NCBI GenBank assembly: GCA_040081625.1
Contig: JBEBGD010000005.1
Coordinates: 32,001-96,000 of the forward strand
DNA length: 64,000 bases
Source of the DNA: Chthoniobacteraceae bacterium
GTDB lineage: Bacteria; Verrucomicrobiota; Verrucomicrobiia; Chthoniobacterales; Chthoniobacteraceae
Reading direction: 5' to 3'
Below the pieces are notes generated by a model. That model saw only the letters and a program-made list of their open reading frames with translations, did not search any database and had not been told where the DNA came from. Shown here piece after piece: positions 28,309 through 37,854 of the stretch. Made by a program: the position numbers and the translations under genes. Position 1 is the first letter of the stretch. Every line of letters starts with the position of its first letter.

Positions 28309-28533
28309 ATGAACGCCGTCACCGATGCCACGCCAGCACCGACGCCGCTTTCCGCGGAAGTCGCGGAAGCCGCGCGCGCACTCGTGCGGGAGTTCCCGGA
28401 GTGCTTTTGGTTTCGCCATCCCGACGCGCCTCTCAAGACTGTGGAGGAAGCTCGCCTCGTAGTGTTGCACCTGCGCGAATACGGCGGGCACCGCGCGTGG
28501 CGCGAAGCGCAACGGCTGCACTCATGCCTGTAA
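28309..28533 (+). CDS. Small protein, putative antitoxin partner of the AbiEii-like gene
   Basis: CFW...V...L..YGG motif; overlaps the downstream nucleotidyltransferase. Confidence 0.6.
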   Translation: MNAVTDATPAPTPLSAEVAEAARALVREFPECFWFRHPDAPLKTVEEARLVVLHLREYGGHRAWREAQRLHSCL

Positions 28534-29348
28534 CGCCCTTCCAGCGCGAAGTCCTCGGCGTCATCGCCGCGAACCGGAACGAGGAGAGTCATTTCGCCGG
28601 TGGCCTCGTGCTCAACGCGGCCACGGACTCCGCGCGTTTCAGCCACGACTTCGACATCTTCCACGAAGCCGCCGCGGATGTCGCCCGCGCCAGCGACGCC
28701 GATGTCGTCGCGTTGCGCGGAGCTGGCTACGAGGTCGCGCCCATCCGCGGAAACTGGTCCAAGCCCGACACCTTCCGCAAAGCCCGCGTCGTCCGCGGCG
28801 AGGAGCACGTCGAGATTGATTGGGCCGCCGATTCCGCCTTCCGTTTTTTCCCCGTGGAGAAGGATCCGCTGCTCGGCTGCCGGCTGCACCTTTTCGACAT
28901 GGCGACAAACAAAGCCCTCACACTCAGCGCCCGCACCGAGACGCGCGACTACGTGGACATCGTCGAATTGCACCGCTTCTTCCCACTCTCCGCCATCGTC
29001 TGGGCCGCGTGCGGCAAAGACCCCGGCTTCAGCCCGCTCCACCTGCTGAAAATGATGCGTCGCTTCGCCAAAATCGACCCCGTGAAGCTCGGTGAAATCC
29101 AAGCCCGCAACCTCGACCCGCAAGCCCTCAAACGCGCGTGGATTGAAATGTCCGACGAAGCCGACGCGAAAATCACCCACCTCGCCGACACGCAGCCGGA
29201 CACGCCCATCGGTGTCGCGTTCGTGGACGCGGCGGGCCAACCCGGCTGGCTCGGCGACAATCCCGCGCTCACGATTCATCACCCGGGCATCCGCGGTTGC
29301 GTGCCGCGCGTGGATGGGCTGGAGCCGGAGATCCCGAAGCGTCCGTAA
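28524..29348 (+). CDS. AbiEii/AbiGii-family nucleotidyltransferase toxin
   Basis: FAGGLVLN, RFSHDFDIF, NK...R...RDYVD. Confidence 0.8.
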   Translation: MPVTPFQREVLGVIAANRNEESHFAGGLVLNAATDSARFSHDFDIFHEAAADVARASDADVVALRGAGYEVAPIRGNWSKPDTFRKARVVRGEEHVEIDWAADSAFRFFPVEKDPLLGCRLHLFDMATNKALTLSARTETRDYVDIVELHRFFPLSAIVWAACGKDPGFSPLHLLKMMRRFAKIDPVKLGEIQARNLDPQALKRAWIEMSDEADAKITHLADTQPDTPIGVAFVDAAGQPGWLGDNPALTIHHPGIRGCVPRVDGLEPEIPKRP

Positions 29349-29350
29349 TC

Positions 29351-29438
29351 CGCCGCCGCCGCCCGCGCCGTGATCGCCGAATCCGGCGTCTTCGTGATTC
29401 CGCGCCCGCACCCGGACGTGTATCGCGAGGTGATTTGA
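29351..29438 (+). repeat. Direct repeat copy 2 (degenerate pduT 3' end)
   Basis: Matches 28151-28250 with a 12-nt deletion and a few substitutions. Confidence 0.85.
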
Positions 29439-29468
29439 CGGAATACCGGAGCGGCTGCTTGATGAGAG

Positions 29469-31772
29469 CTACCGCTTTCTTGCGAAGATCAAGGCGCGGC
29501 GAACGAAGCCGGTGAGTGCGGCAGCGTTGATGATCTGCGTCTGCCGCGCGTGATTCGGCTCGTGGTGAAATAGGTTGGCGTATTCGATCAGATCGCGCAG
29601 TTCCTGAGTATCCTGAGCATTGAGGATTTCCTGCGGCGTATTCACCCGTTGCTCACAAAGTCCTCGAAATGAGCCGAGCAGCGTGCCGGGCGGAAAGTGC
29701 TCTGGATAAGCGACGCGCAAGAACGCTTCAAGCAACGGTCTGATCGAGCTGGCGACCTCGCGCTCGTTCTGACCGGCATTCGCCAAGTAGGCGCGCAAAA
29801 TTTCATGCCGACGGTCGTGCCACGTCACGCAGTCCTCATCAACATTCCATGCTGCGATCGTCGAGCCATCGCCGTCGCGTGTTACCTGGAGCGCTGCGCG
29901 CATCGTCGAATCCGTGCCTTCCCAAATCCGGCAAAGGAATGGCTTGGTGTGCGACAGCACGATTACTTGAGCAACGCGCGCTGCGAGACGCCGAAGTTCC
30001 TGCACGGTGGTTAAAGAGCGATGCTCATCGAGGCTCGAAACCGGATCGTCAATCGCGACAATCTTATCTGCCAAATTTTGATCGAGCTCGAGCGAAGCGA
30101 AAAAGAATGCCAGCGCCAAGGTGTTCCGATCACCGGCGCTGAGTGTGTTTCGGAACGAGTGCGTGCCGGGCTGGGGCTCACCCCCGGCAACTGCAACCGC
30201 CACATTGTTGATAACGACATTGTAGGTGCATGCCGGTCCACTGCGAGTGTTGGTCGCGGCGACGCGATCGAGACGAAAGCCTGCATTGAACCGATCCAAA
30301 TAGCGGTTGATCGCGGCTTCGTAATTCGGAAACACAGTCGCTCGGTATCGTTCGAGCGCAGTGCGAGCCTGATTCCTGAGTTGCTCGGTTGCAGCTTTCG
30401 CGCGTTTCTCCTCAAGGTAAGCGTCACACAACTGCGCCGTTGCCGGCGTATGTCTGGCCTTGGTCGCTTGCAGCCGAGAAAGACTCGCGGCAATCGCTGC
30501 CGGATTCGCGGTAGCGACTCGTTGCTTGACCGCAGCAATGGTCTGATTGGCCTGAACAAGCTGCTGGTTGATCAATTCCACCAGCGCTCGATGCGCTGCG
30601 TAAGCCGCAACTGCGGATCGTGCGTCATCGGCGACGGGTAAAGGTTCGAGCGGAGATGCCTGCTTTGCGGACAAAAGCGCAGCGAGATGCTGACGCGCCG
30701 CTTGCCAATCGCGAGCGATGGCCGCCGTGTCGATTTCCAACGTCGGCACTTCACAGAACCGCGACCAAAACTGCCGACGTTCGCCGAGAACTCGAACCGC
30801 CCGTTCGAACGCCGCTGCCGCATCGCCATTATGCACCCGCCCAAGTGCCGCCAACGCATCCGCGATACTGCGTTTCAAGCTGCGATACGCCTCGCTGAAG
30901 AACGCCCGATAATGGGCGATCACCGGCGAGCCGGAGAGATTCTGTGCGCAAAACACGCAGCTTGTAGAGTCAGGTGCCGGTCTTTCTGATTGGCGGCGCA
31001 TTCCCTCGGAAATCCATTCTTCCGCCCCTACTCCGGCGGTCGCCAGATGAGCGTGAACGCGTGCGGCTGCGACTGCATCGAGTTCCGGCACGCTCGCTTG
31101 AAGGACGCGTTCGATCGTTTGCAAATCGAGAACCGGCAAACTCAGCATTTCGAAAGCTGGTGTGTTCCGCACGGGATCCTGCTCACGGCTGGCCGCGAGG
31201 TTTCGTTCCGCTGCTTGAATGTCTTGGTCCACGTTTTCGTTCACGGGGAGCACGCAAAAGTCATCCACTGACAGGTCGCCGCGTGCGGCCGCGGGAATCG
31301 CCGCTGCTCGCTGGCGTAGAGTGCTGTTGTGAACTTCGATCCTGTCGATGTGTTGCTGGAGTTGCCGATTCAGCCCGACTCCTTGCGCACCGAGGATCAA
31401 TTCGTGAAGGTTATGCCGATGATCGGTGCCGACCATCAGTCCCGAATAGACATTCTGGTCAACGAACAGATCGTCGAAGACGACCATGTTGGGCAAGGTG
31501 CGGTTCCACACACCGTTCTGGAACATCGCGTTGGGTGGACCGCCCACGCAGCCAATTACCACGTGCGGCGGATGTTGTGCCGCCAAACGCCTGCGCTCGA
31601 CAATCGGAATGTGATCGCCAGTTGCCAGCGAACGAAGAATGGCGGCGAGCGTCGTCTTGCCTTGCCCATTTTCGGCATAGATCAAAGTCAGCCGTCCGAG
31701 CGGTATATTTGCGGCAGTCGTGACGGATTCAAAACGTCCGATGTTCCGCAGGAGGTGGAGATTCGTGATCAT
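29469..31772 (-). CDS. AAA_13/RloC-like SMC-type ABC ATPase with zinc hook and putative HEPN C-terminus
   Basis: YAENGQGKT, CVFC hook between coiled coils, LSAGDR, IDDPVSSLD, SH, C-terminal R....AN.FHH. AT-richer codon usage than its neighbours. Confidence 0.75.
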   Translation of the reverse strand: MITNLHLLRNIGRFESVTTAANIPLGRLTLIYAENGQGKTTLAAILRSLATGDHIPIVERRRLAAQHPPHVVIGCVGGPPNAMFQNGVWNRTLPNMVVFDDLFVDQNVYSGLMVGTDHRHNLHELILGAQGVGLNRQLQQHIDRIEVHNSTLRQRAAAIPAAARGDLSVDDFCVLPVNENVDQDIQAAERNLAASREQDPVRNTPAFEMLSLPVLDLQTIERVLQASVPELDAVAAARVHAHLATAGVGAEEWISEGMRRQSERPAPDSTSCVFCAQNLSGSPVIAHYRAFFSEAYRSLKRSIADALAALGRVHNGDAAAAFERAVRVLGERRQFWSRFCEVPTLEIDTAAIARDWQAARQHLAALLSAKQASPLEPLPVADDARSAVAAYAAHRALVELINQQLVQANQTIAAVKQRVATANPAAIAASLSRLQATKARHTPATAQLCDAYLEEKRAKAATEQLRNQARTALERYRATVFPNYEAAINRYLDRFNAGFRLDRVAATNTRSGPACTYNVVINNVAVAVAGGEPQPGTHSFRNTLSAGDRNTLALAFFFASLELDQNLADKIVAIDDPVSSLDEHRSLTTVQELRRLAARVAQVIVLSHTKPFLCRIWEGTDSTMRAALQVTRDGDGSTIAAWNVDEDCVTWHDRRHEILRAYLANAGQNEREVASSIRPLLEAFLRVAYPEHFPPGTLLGSFRGLCEQRVNTPQEILNAQDTQELRDLIEYANLFHHEPNHARQTQIINAAALTGFVRRALIFARKR

Positions 31773-31903
31773 GGCGTTTGTGCAGTGAGGATCCCCTTCA
31801 ATACCGGGTGCCAATGGCACAAAGCAATCCGTCGAAGGTCGCGATTGCGCCAGATTACGACCTGAGGTTGACCCGCAGTTATCCTCCGTCCACTCTCGCA
31901 GTC

Positions 31904-33544
31904 GTGCGCGTTCGCAACACTCAGACCTTTCTCTCGCTCTACTACGAGCCAAACGCCGTCGAGTTTGCGACGGGCGGGGCTGACCCTTACGCGACGGCGG
32001 CGGAGTGGGAGCGGGAGACGCGCTCGCTCGGGCAAGTGGCGACGCCGCGCGCGGTGGCGGCGCTGATGGCGCGGTGGGTGATGTCGCGGAATCCGGCCAC
32101 GGTGCTCGACCCGGCGGCGGGGCTGGGGCATTTGCTGCACGAGTGCGCGCGGCTGCATCCCGGCGCGGAGTTTGTCGGCGTCGAGTGCGATGTGGAGACT
32201 CTGCGGCGCGCGATGCAGTCGGCGCCGGGCCACACGAAGCTCATTCGCGCGGATTACCTGCGGGCGGACGCGGGAATTTTCGACGGCATCATCGCGAATC
32301 CGCCCTACGTGAAAGCGCACCGGCTCGACTACTCGGAGGCGAACTGGCGCGATTTCGAAGAACTGCTCGGCACGCCGCTCGACCGGCTCACGAATCTCTA
32401 CGCGCTGTTCTTGCTGAAAATCTGGAACGACCTCGCGCCGCGCGGGCGGGCGGCGGTCATCCTGCCGGCGGAGTTTTTGAACGCGAACTTTGGCGAGGAA
32501 ATCAAGGAGCGGATGCTGCGGGTGATGCGCCCCGCCGGGCTGCTCATCTTTGCGCCGGAACTGAATGTTTTTGCGGATGCGCTGACGACAAGCGCCATCG
32601 TGTTCCTCGAAAAGACGCGCCCCAAGGACGCTCCGATGCCGGCGATGCGCGCGGCGTCCGTCAGCGTGGCGGAGGCGTTTGTCGGCGAACTGCTCGCTGG
32701 CACGAAGCCGCGTTCGCGGAGCGGCTGCGCCGACCTCGCTGACTTTCCTCCGGCGGAAAAGTGGCTTAACCGCCTGCTCGGGAAAGCGAAGTCGGGGGCT
32801 GACGCGCGCTTCCCTCGGCGTGTCAGCGATTACTTCGACTGCCGGCGCGGCATCGCGACCGGAGCGAACGAGTTCTTCTGCCTCACGCGCGATGAGGTCG
32901 CGACGCACGGATTGAACGCGAAGCACTTCGAGCCGTGCGTGACGAAGGCTCCCGATGTGAACGGGCTGGTCTTCACCAAGGCAAAGCTCCGGGCCTTGGA
33001 GCGCAACGGACGCCGATGTTTGCTGCTAAACCCGCCGCAACTCGACGCGGCGCTGGAGCGGTATCTTTCGCACGGCGAGGCGCAGGGGATTCGAGCCCGA
33101 TTTCTGCCGAGCCATCGCCCGGTGTGGTATCGCCCGGAGAAGCGCGCCGCCGCCGAGATTTGGGTCGCCGTCTTCTCGCGCGAGTCGGCGAAGTTCATCC
33201 TCAATTCGTCGGATGCGAAAAACCTCACCTGCTTCCACGGCCTCTACGCCAAGCCCGGCTGCGAGCATCTCGCGCCGCTGATGACGCTCTTTCTCAACAG
33301 CACGATGGGCAGGCAGGCGTTTGCGCGAGTGAACCGCTTTTACGGCGACGGCCTGAACAAGCTGGAGCCGAAGGACGTTGAAGCGATGCCGTGCCCGGAG
33401 TTACCGGCGTTCGATGCGGCATCCGCCGCTGCGCTCGTGAAGCAGCTTGTGGAAATCGAGCCGATGGAAGCCGATGCCCGCCGCTCCGCGCTCGACGAAT
33501 TGCTCGCGCTCCACCTCGGCGCGCCGCAGTCGGCGGCAGCGTAG
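31904..33544 (+). CDS. N6-adenine DNA methyltransferase (M.AccI-like); start uncertain (31778-31904)
   Basis: VLDPAAGLG, IIANPPY, NLYALF, RGIATGANEFF, KLEP; convergent with the endonuclease. Confidence 0.85.
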   Translation: MRVRNTQTFLSLYYEPNAVEFATGGADPYATAAEWERETRSLGQVATPRAVAALMARWVMSRNPATVLDPAAGLGHLLHECARLHPGAEFVGVECDVETLRRAMQSAPGHTKLIRADYLRADAGIFDGIIANPPYVKAHRLDYSEANWRDFEELLGTPLDRLTNLYALFLLKIWNDLAPRGRAAVILPAEFLNANFGEEIKERMLRVMRPAGLLIFAPELNVFADALTTSAIVFLEKTRPKDAPMPAMRAASVSVAEAFVGELLAGTKPRSRSGCADLADFPPAEKWLNRLLGKAKSGADARFPRRVSDYFDCRRGIATGANEFFCLTRDEVATHGLNAKHFEPCVTKAPDVNGLVFTKAKLRALERNGRRCLLLNPPQLDAALERYLSHGEAQGIRARFLPSHRPVWYRPEKRAAAEIWVAVFSRESAKFILNSSDAKNLTCFHGLYAKPGCEHLAPLMTLFLNSTMGRQAFARVNRFYGDGLNKLEPKDVEAMPCPELPAFDAASAAALVKQLVEIEPMEADARRSALDELLALHLGAPQSAAA

Positions 33545-33548
33545 GCCG

Positions 33549-34454
33549 CTACTCTGCGAGCAGCACCGCGCGCATCGCTGCCGCGTCGAGTTCGAGTGCG
33601 CCGCCCTCCGGCACCACGTAGGCGTCATGCCGGCCAAGATTCGTCACGCGATGCTCGGCGCGAAATGTCGGCATCGCCGTCGCGCGCCCGATCTGCACGC
33701 CGCGCGTGATGGGAATCATGATGGTCGCCTTCTCCTGACTCTTCTCCGGCTTTTCGATGTCGTAGTCGTCGCCGCTTGCGATGACGCGGAAGATGTCGAG
33801 AAAGTTGATGGCGAAAACCGAGTCGAAGAAGACCTGGCAGTAGCTCTGCGGCACGCGATGCCGGTCCAGCCAGCGATACACGATGACGAGGTCTTCGACT
33901 TTCACGGTGAAGCTCGGCGTCTCCCTCGCGGACTTCGCGCCCGCCTCGCGCTGCTTCCGCCGCACCGCCATGTAGCGCAGCGCCTCGAACTTGCTCGAAC
34001 GCACCTCAATCGCGGCCGCTGCCTGCTTCGTGTGCGACTCAGTTTCGTCATGAGTGCGTTCCGACAATTCCGCCGCCACGCCGAGCGACGCCGGGAACAG
34101 CAACAAGTCAGGCCGCTTGCCGTAGAGCCGCGTTTCCTCAATGCCCGCGAGGTAGCGCGCCTTGAATTCCGGGTGTCCCGCGGCGATGCGGTCGGTGTTG
34201 CCGTATTGCGCCACCGTCCACTCGGGGAACGTCGCGCTGAGCGCCGCTGCCAGCGTCCGCTCCGCCCAATCACCCATCGCCCGATTCGCCAGAAATTCCG
34301 AACGCGCATCCGTCGGCACGGTCGGCTTGCGCGCGGCTGGCTGGCCTGCGCCACCAAAGGCAAGATGCCGCGCCTCAATCCCATCACGCGTGAGCGTATC
34401 GACAACTCCCGTGAGCGTTCCGCGCAGTTCCGCGAGGTATTCATCACCGTTCAC
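33549..34454 (-). CDS. AccI-family type II restriction endonuclease
   Basis: PT...SEFL.N...GDWAE, KRPDLL, IEVRSS, TVKVED, QVFFD; GTG 34454 overlaps the C-gene stop. Confidence 0.75.
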   Translation of the reverse strand: MNGDEYLAELRGTLTGVVDTLTRDGIEARHLAFGGAGQPAARKPTVPTDARSEFLANRAMGDWAERTLAAALSATFPEWTVAQYGNTDRIAAGHPEFKARYLAGIEETRLYGKRPDLLLFPASLGVAAELSERTHDETESHTKQAAAAIEVRSSKFEALRYMAVRRKQREAGAKSARETPSFTVKVEDLVIVYRWLDRHRVPQSYCQVFFDSVFAINFLDIFRVIASGDDYDIEKPEKSQEKATIMIPITRGVQIGRATAMPTFRAEHRVTNLGRHDAYVVPEGGALELDAAAMRAVLLAE

Positions 34455-34672
34455 CGTTTCCGTTCCTTCCCGAAATCGAACAAGTCGCGGACTTCCACGC
34501 CAAGCGCCTTTGCAAAATCCGCCAGCCCTGCAACCGACGGCGCATTCACGCCACGCTCGACGAGGCTGATGAACTCGACCGAGCATCCGATCACCTCGGC
34601 AAGCTGCTCCTGAGTCATTCCTTTCGAGCGGCGGAGCTGTGCGATACGTTGGCCGAGCTTCTTTTGCAGCAC
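34451..34672 (-). CDS. XRE-HTH controller (C) protein of the RM system
   Basis: LG.RI..LR...GMTQEQLAE...ISLVERG..PS; directly upstream of the endonuclease. Confidence 0.8.
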   Translation of the reverse strand: MLQKKLGQRIAQLRRSKGMTQEQLAEVIGCSVEFISLVERGVNAPSVAGLADFAKALGVEVRDLFDFGKERKR

Positions 34673-34674
34673 GA

Positions 34675-34722
34675 AGCTAAACTACTACCTTGGCGCCTGG
34701 CGAATCCACGGAGCTAAACTAC
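34675..34722 (-). promoter_or_regulatory. Putative C-gene promoter/operator: AGCTAAACTAC direct repeat
   Basis: 11-bp repeat at 34675-34685 and 34712-34722; TAGTTT lies 6 nt before the GTG start on the minus strand. Confidence 0.45.
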
Positions 34723-34801
34723 GTGTTTGAGTGTGTGCCGATACGCCCGCACATGCGCTGCCAGCCTTGCCTGTGCTCGCGCGTCCGGCTACGAACGGCG
34801 C

Positions 34802-36745
34802 ATGGACTTGCCGCACGCTCTCCAGACCCACTTCGGCCACGAGGCATTTCGCGACGGGCAGGAGGCGGTGATCCGCGCGCTGCTCGACGCGGAATCGGCG
34901 CTCGCGCTTTTTCCGACGGGGGCGGGGAAGTCGCTTTGTTATCAGCTTCCGGCGGTGTTGCTGGAAGGGACGGCGCTCGTCGTTTCGCCGCTCATCGCGC
35001 TGATGAAAGACCAGGTGGATGCACTGCGGGCGCGCGGGATTGCGGCGGCGCGGCTCGATTCTTCGCTCACGGCGGAGGAGACGCAGCGGGTGTATGCGGA
35101 CTTGCGCGAGGGGAGGTTGAAGCTGCTCTACGTCGCGCCGGAGCGGTTGTCGGGGGAGGCGTTTCTTGATCGGTTGCGGCGGGTGAAGATTTCGCTGCTC
35201 GCGATTGATGAGGCGCACTGCATCTCGGAGTGGGGGCACAATTTCCGGCCTGAGTATCTGCGGCTGGCGCGCGTGGCGGAGGAGCTGGCGCTGCGGCCCG
35301 TGCTCGCGCTCACGGCGACGGCGACGCCGGATGTGGCGCGCGATATTTGCAAGGCGTTCGGCATCGCGCCGCAGCGGCATGTGCAGACTTCGTTTCGCCG
35401 TAAGAATCTGCACCTGCGCGTGACGCCTTGCGCAGCGCGTGAGCGGCTGGCGGTGCTCGCGAAGCGGCTCGCGAGCGCGAAGGTGCGGCCTGCGGTGGTT
35501 TATGTGACTTTCCAAAAATCCGCCGAGGACGTGGCGGCGCATCTCGCGGCGGCGGGGCTGGCGGCGCGGGCGTATCACGCGGGGATGAGCGCGGAAGATC
35601 GCGATGCGACGCAGGAGGCGTTCATGCGCGGCGAGTGCGAGGTGATCGTCGCGACGATCGCGTTCGGCATGGGGATCGACAAGGCGGATATCCGCGGCGT
35701 TATTCATTTCAACCTGCCGAAGACGCTGGAGAATTATCAGCAGGAGATCGGGCGCGCGGGGCGCGATGGGGAGCCGTCGCTTTGCGAATTGCTCGCGTGC
35801 GCGGACGATGCGGTGCCGCTGGAAAACTTCACGCTCGGCGACACTCCGGAGCCGGCGGCGGTCGAGGCGCTCGTGCGGCGGATGCTCGGTTCGGGTGATG
35901 AGTTCGACGTGAGCCGCTACGATCTCAGCCAGGAGACGGACATCCGCCCGCTTGTGGTCGAGACGGTGATCACGTATCTCGAGCTCGACGGATTGCTGCG
36001 ACCGACTCGGGCGTTTTACGAGAGCACTCAGGTGCAGTTCTTGAAAAGTGACGACGCCATACTCGACGGCATGAATGACGAGCGGCGGCGGTTCCTCTCC
36101 GCGCTGTTCGGCTCCGGACGGCGGGGGCCGAAATATCTCACGCTCGAAATCGAAGCGACCGCGCAGCAACTCGGCGAGCCACGCGAGCGCATCGTGAAGG
36201 CGCTGACGTGGCTGGAGGAATCCGGTGCCATCACGCAAAAGCCCGCCGGCCTGCGGCACGGCTTCCGTCTCTGCGGGGACGCCGCGCAGCGCGAGCCGGC
36301 GACGGTCGCCGCGCACCAGGCGGAACTTTTCGCGCAGCGGGAGCAACGCGATTCGCAGCGCCTCGCGCAGATCCTCGACTTCGCCAGCGCGTCCGGCTGC
36401 ATCACGCGCCGCTTGCTCGGCTACTTCGGTGAACCGCTCGCTGACGAAAACTGCGACCACTGCCATTTCTGCCGCACCGGCGAGCCCGCCACCGCGGTCA
36501 CGCTTCCTTCCGCGCCCATCGCACCTTTCGCCGACGGCGACGTCGAGGAAGTCCGCGCGCTCATCTTCGAGGAACACCCGTCGCTCTCCACGCCGCGCCA
36601 GCTCACGCGCTTCCTTTGCGGGCTCACCAGCCCCGCGACCTCGCGCGCAAAGCTCACCAAGCGCCCCGAGTTCGGCCGATACGCCGCCACGCCGTTTCGC
36701 GTCGTGCTTGCACAAGTCGAAGTGTGCTGGGATGACGCGGCGTGA
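34802..36745 (+). CDS. recQ: RecQ-family DNA helicase
   Basis: PTGAGKSLCYQ, DEAHCISEWGHNFRP, TATA, AFGMGIDK, QEIGRAGRDG, CDHC..C. Confidence 0.92.
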   Translation: MDLPHALQTHFGHEAFRDGQEAVIRALLDAESALALFPTGAGKSLCYQLPAVLLEGTALVVSPLIALMKDQVDALRARGIAAARLDSSLTAEETQRVYADLREGRLKLLYVAPERLSGEAFLDRLRRVKISLLAIDEAHCISEWGHNFRPEYLRLARVAEELALRPVLALTATATPDVARDICKAFGIAPQRHVQTSFRRKNLHLRVTPCAARERLAVLAKRLASAKVRPAVVYVTFQKSAEDVAAHLAAAGLAARAYHAGMSAEDRDATQEAFMRGECEVIVATIAFGMGIDKADIRGVIHFNLPKTLENYQQEIGRAGRDGEPSLCELLACADDAVPLENFTLGDTPEPAAVEALVRRMLGSGDEFDVSRYDLSQETDIRPLVVETVITYLELDGLLRPTRAFYESTQVQFLKSDDAILDGMNDERRRFLSALFGSGRRGPKYLTLEIEATAQQLGEPRERIVKALTWLEESGAITQKPAGLRHGFRLCGDAAQREPATVAAHQAELFAQREQRDSQRLAQILDFASASGCITRRLLGYFGEPLADENCDHCHFCRTGEPATAVTLPSAPIAPFADGDVEEVRALIFEEHPSLSTPRQLTRFLCGLTSPATSRAKLTKRPEFGRYAATPFRVVLAQVEVCWDDAA

Positions 36746-37800
36746 GCAGCGAAACATTCGACGTAATCATCATCGGCGGCGGCGCGGCGGGGCTGATGTG
36801 TGCGATCGAGGCGGGGGCGCGCGGACGGCGGGTCGCTCTGCTGGAGCACAACGCGCGGGTCGGACAGAAGATCGCGATCTCCGGCGGGGGGCGCTGCAAT
36901 TTCACGAACCTCGGCACGACGCCGGAGAATTTTCTCTCCGCGAATCCCGACTTCTGCAAATCCGCGCTCGCGCGCTACACGCCGTGGGATTTCGTCGCGC
37001 TCGTCGAGAAGCGCCGCGTGCCGTATCACGAGAAGAAGCTCGGGCAGCAGTTCTGCGACGGCAGCTCGCGGGCGATTATCGACCTACTGCTCGCGGAGTG
37101 CGCGGAGGCGCGCGTGAGTGTGCTCACGGGCTGCCGTGTCGAGTCGGTCGGGAAGCCGGAGCGGTTTCGAGTGGCGACGAATCTCGGCGAGTTTGAGAGC
37201 GAGTCGCTGGTCATCGCGACGGGCGGGCTTTCGTTCGCGAAACTCGGCGCGAGCGATTTCGGGTATCGGATCGCGCGGCAGTTCGGTCTGCGCATCACCT
37301 CACTGCGGCCGGGGCTCGTTCCGCTGACGTTCATGCCGGAGGATCGCGAACTTGCGGAGCTGAGCGGGCTCTCGCTGCCGGTCGTCGCGCGGCATCGCGG
37401 GCAGGCCTTCGCGGAAAATCTGCTCTTCACGCATCGCGGCGTGAGCGGACCGGCGGTGTTGCAGATCTCGTCGTATTGGCGCGAGGGCGAGGCGTTGCAC
37501 TTTGACCTGCCCGGGCGGCACGATTGGCCGCGGCGCTTTGCCCAGGCGTGGGACGCTCGATCGTCTGACCCTGAACCGAGTGCGTGGCCGATGCGCTTCG
37601 CCGGCACCGAAGGTTATCCGAAAGCCGAGGTCACGCTCGGCGGGGTGGACACGACGCAGCTTTCCTCGAAGACGATGGAGGCGCGCGACGTGCGCGGGCT
37701 CTTTTTCATCGGCGAAGTCGTGGACGTGACCGGCTGGCTCGGCGGCTACAATTTCCAGTGGGCGTGGGCATCGGGCCACGCGGCGGGACAGGTCGCCTGA
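36742..37800 (+). CDS. HI0933/BaiN-family FAD-dependent oxidoreductase
   Basis: GGGAAG, ISGGGRCNFTN, ATGG, LFTHRG.SGP, VTLGGV, GGYNFQWAWASG. Confidence 0.9.
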   Translation: MSSETFDVIIIGGGAAGLMCAIEAGARGRRVALLEHNARVGQKIAISGGGRCNFTNLGTTPENFLSANPDFCKSALARYTPWDFVALVEKRRVPYHEKKLGQQFCDGSSRAIIDLLLAECAEARVSVLTGCRVESVGKPERFRVATNLGEFESESLVIATGGLSFAKLGASDFGYRIARQFGLRITSLRPGLVPLTFMPEDRELAELSGLSLPVVARHRGQAFAENLLFTHRGVSGPAVLQISSYWREGEALHFDLPGRHDWPRRFAQAWDARSSDPEPSAWPMRFAGTEGYPKAEVTLGGVDTTQLSSKTMEARDVRGLFFIGEVVDVTGWLGGYNFQWAWASGHAAGQVA

Positions 37801-37854
37801 ATCGGTAGCGAAAATGTGCTCGGCGCGCGCGCGCGGCGGCGCATCCTCCGGCGC

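Noticed and set aside
31773..31952. Head-to-head overlap of the ATPase and methyltransferase ORFs
   Set aside because: Artefact of longest-ORF starts; plausible starts (31772 and about 31904) leave a normal divergent gap.
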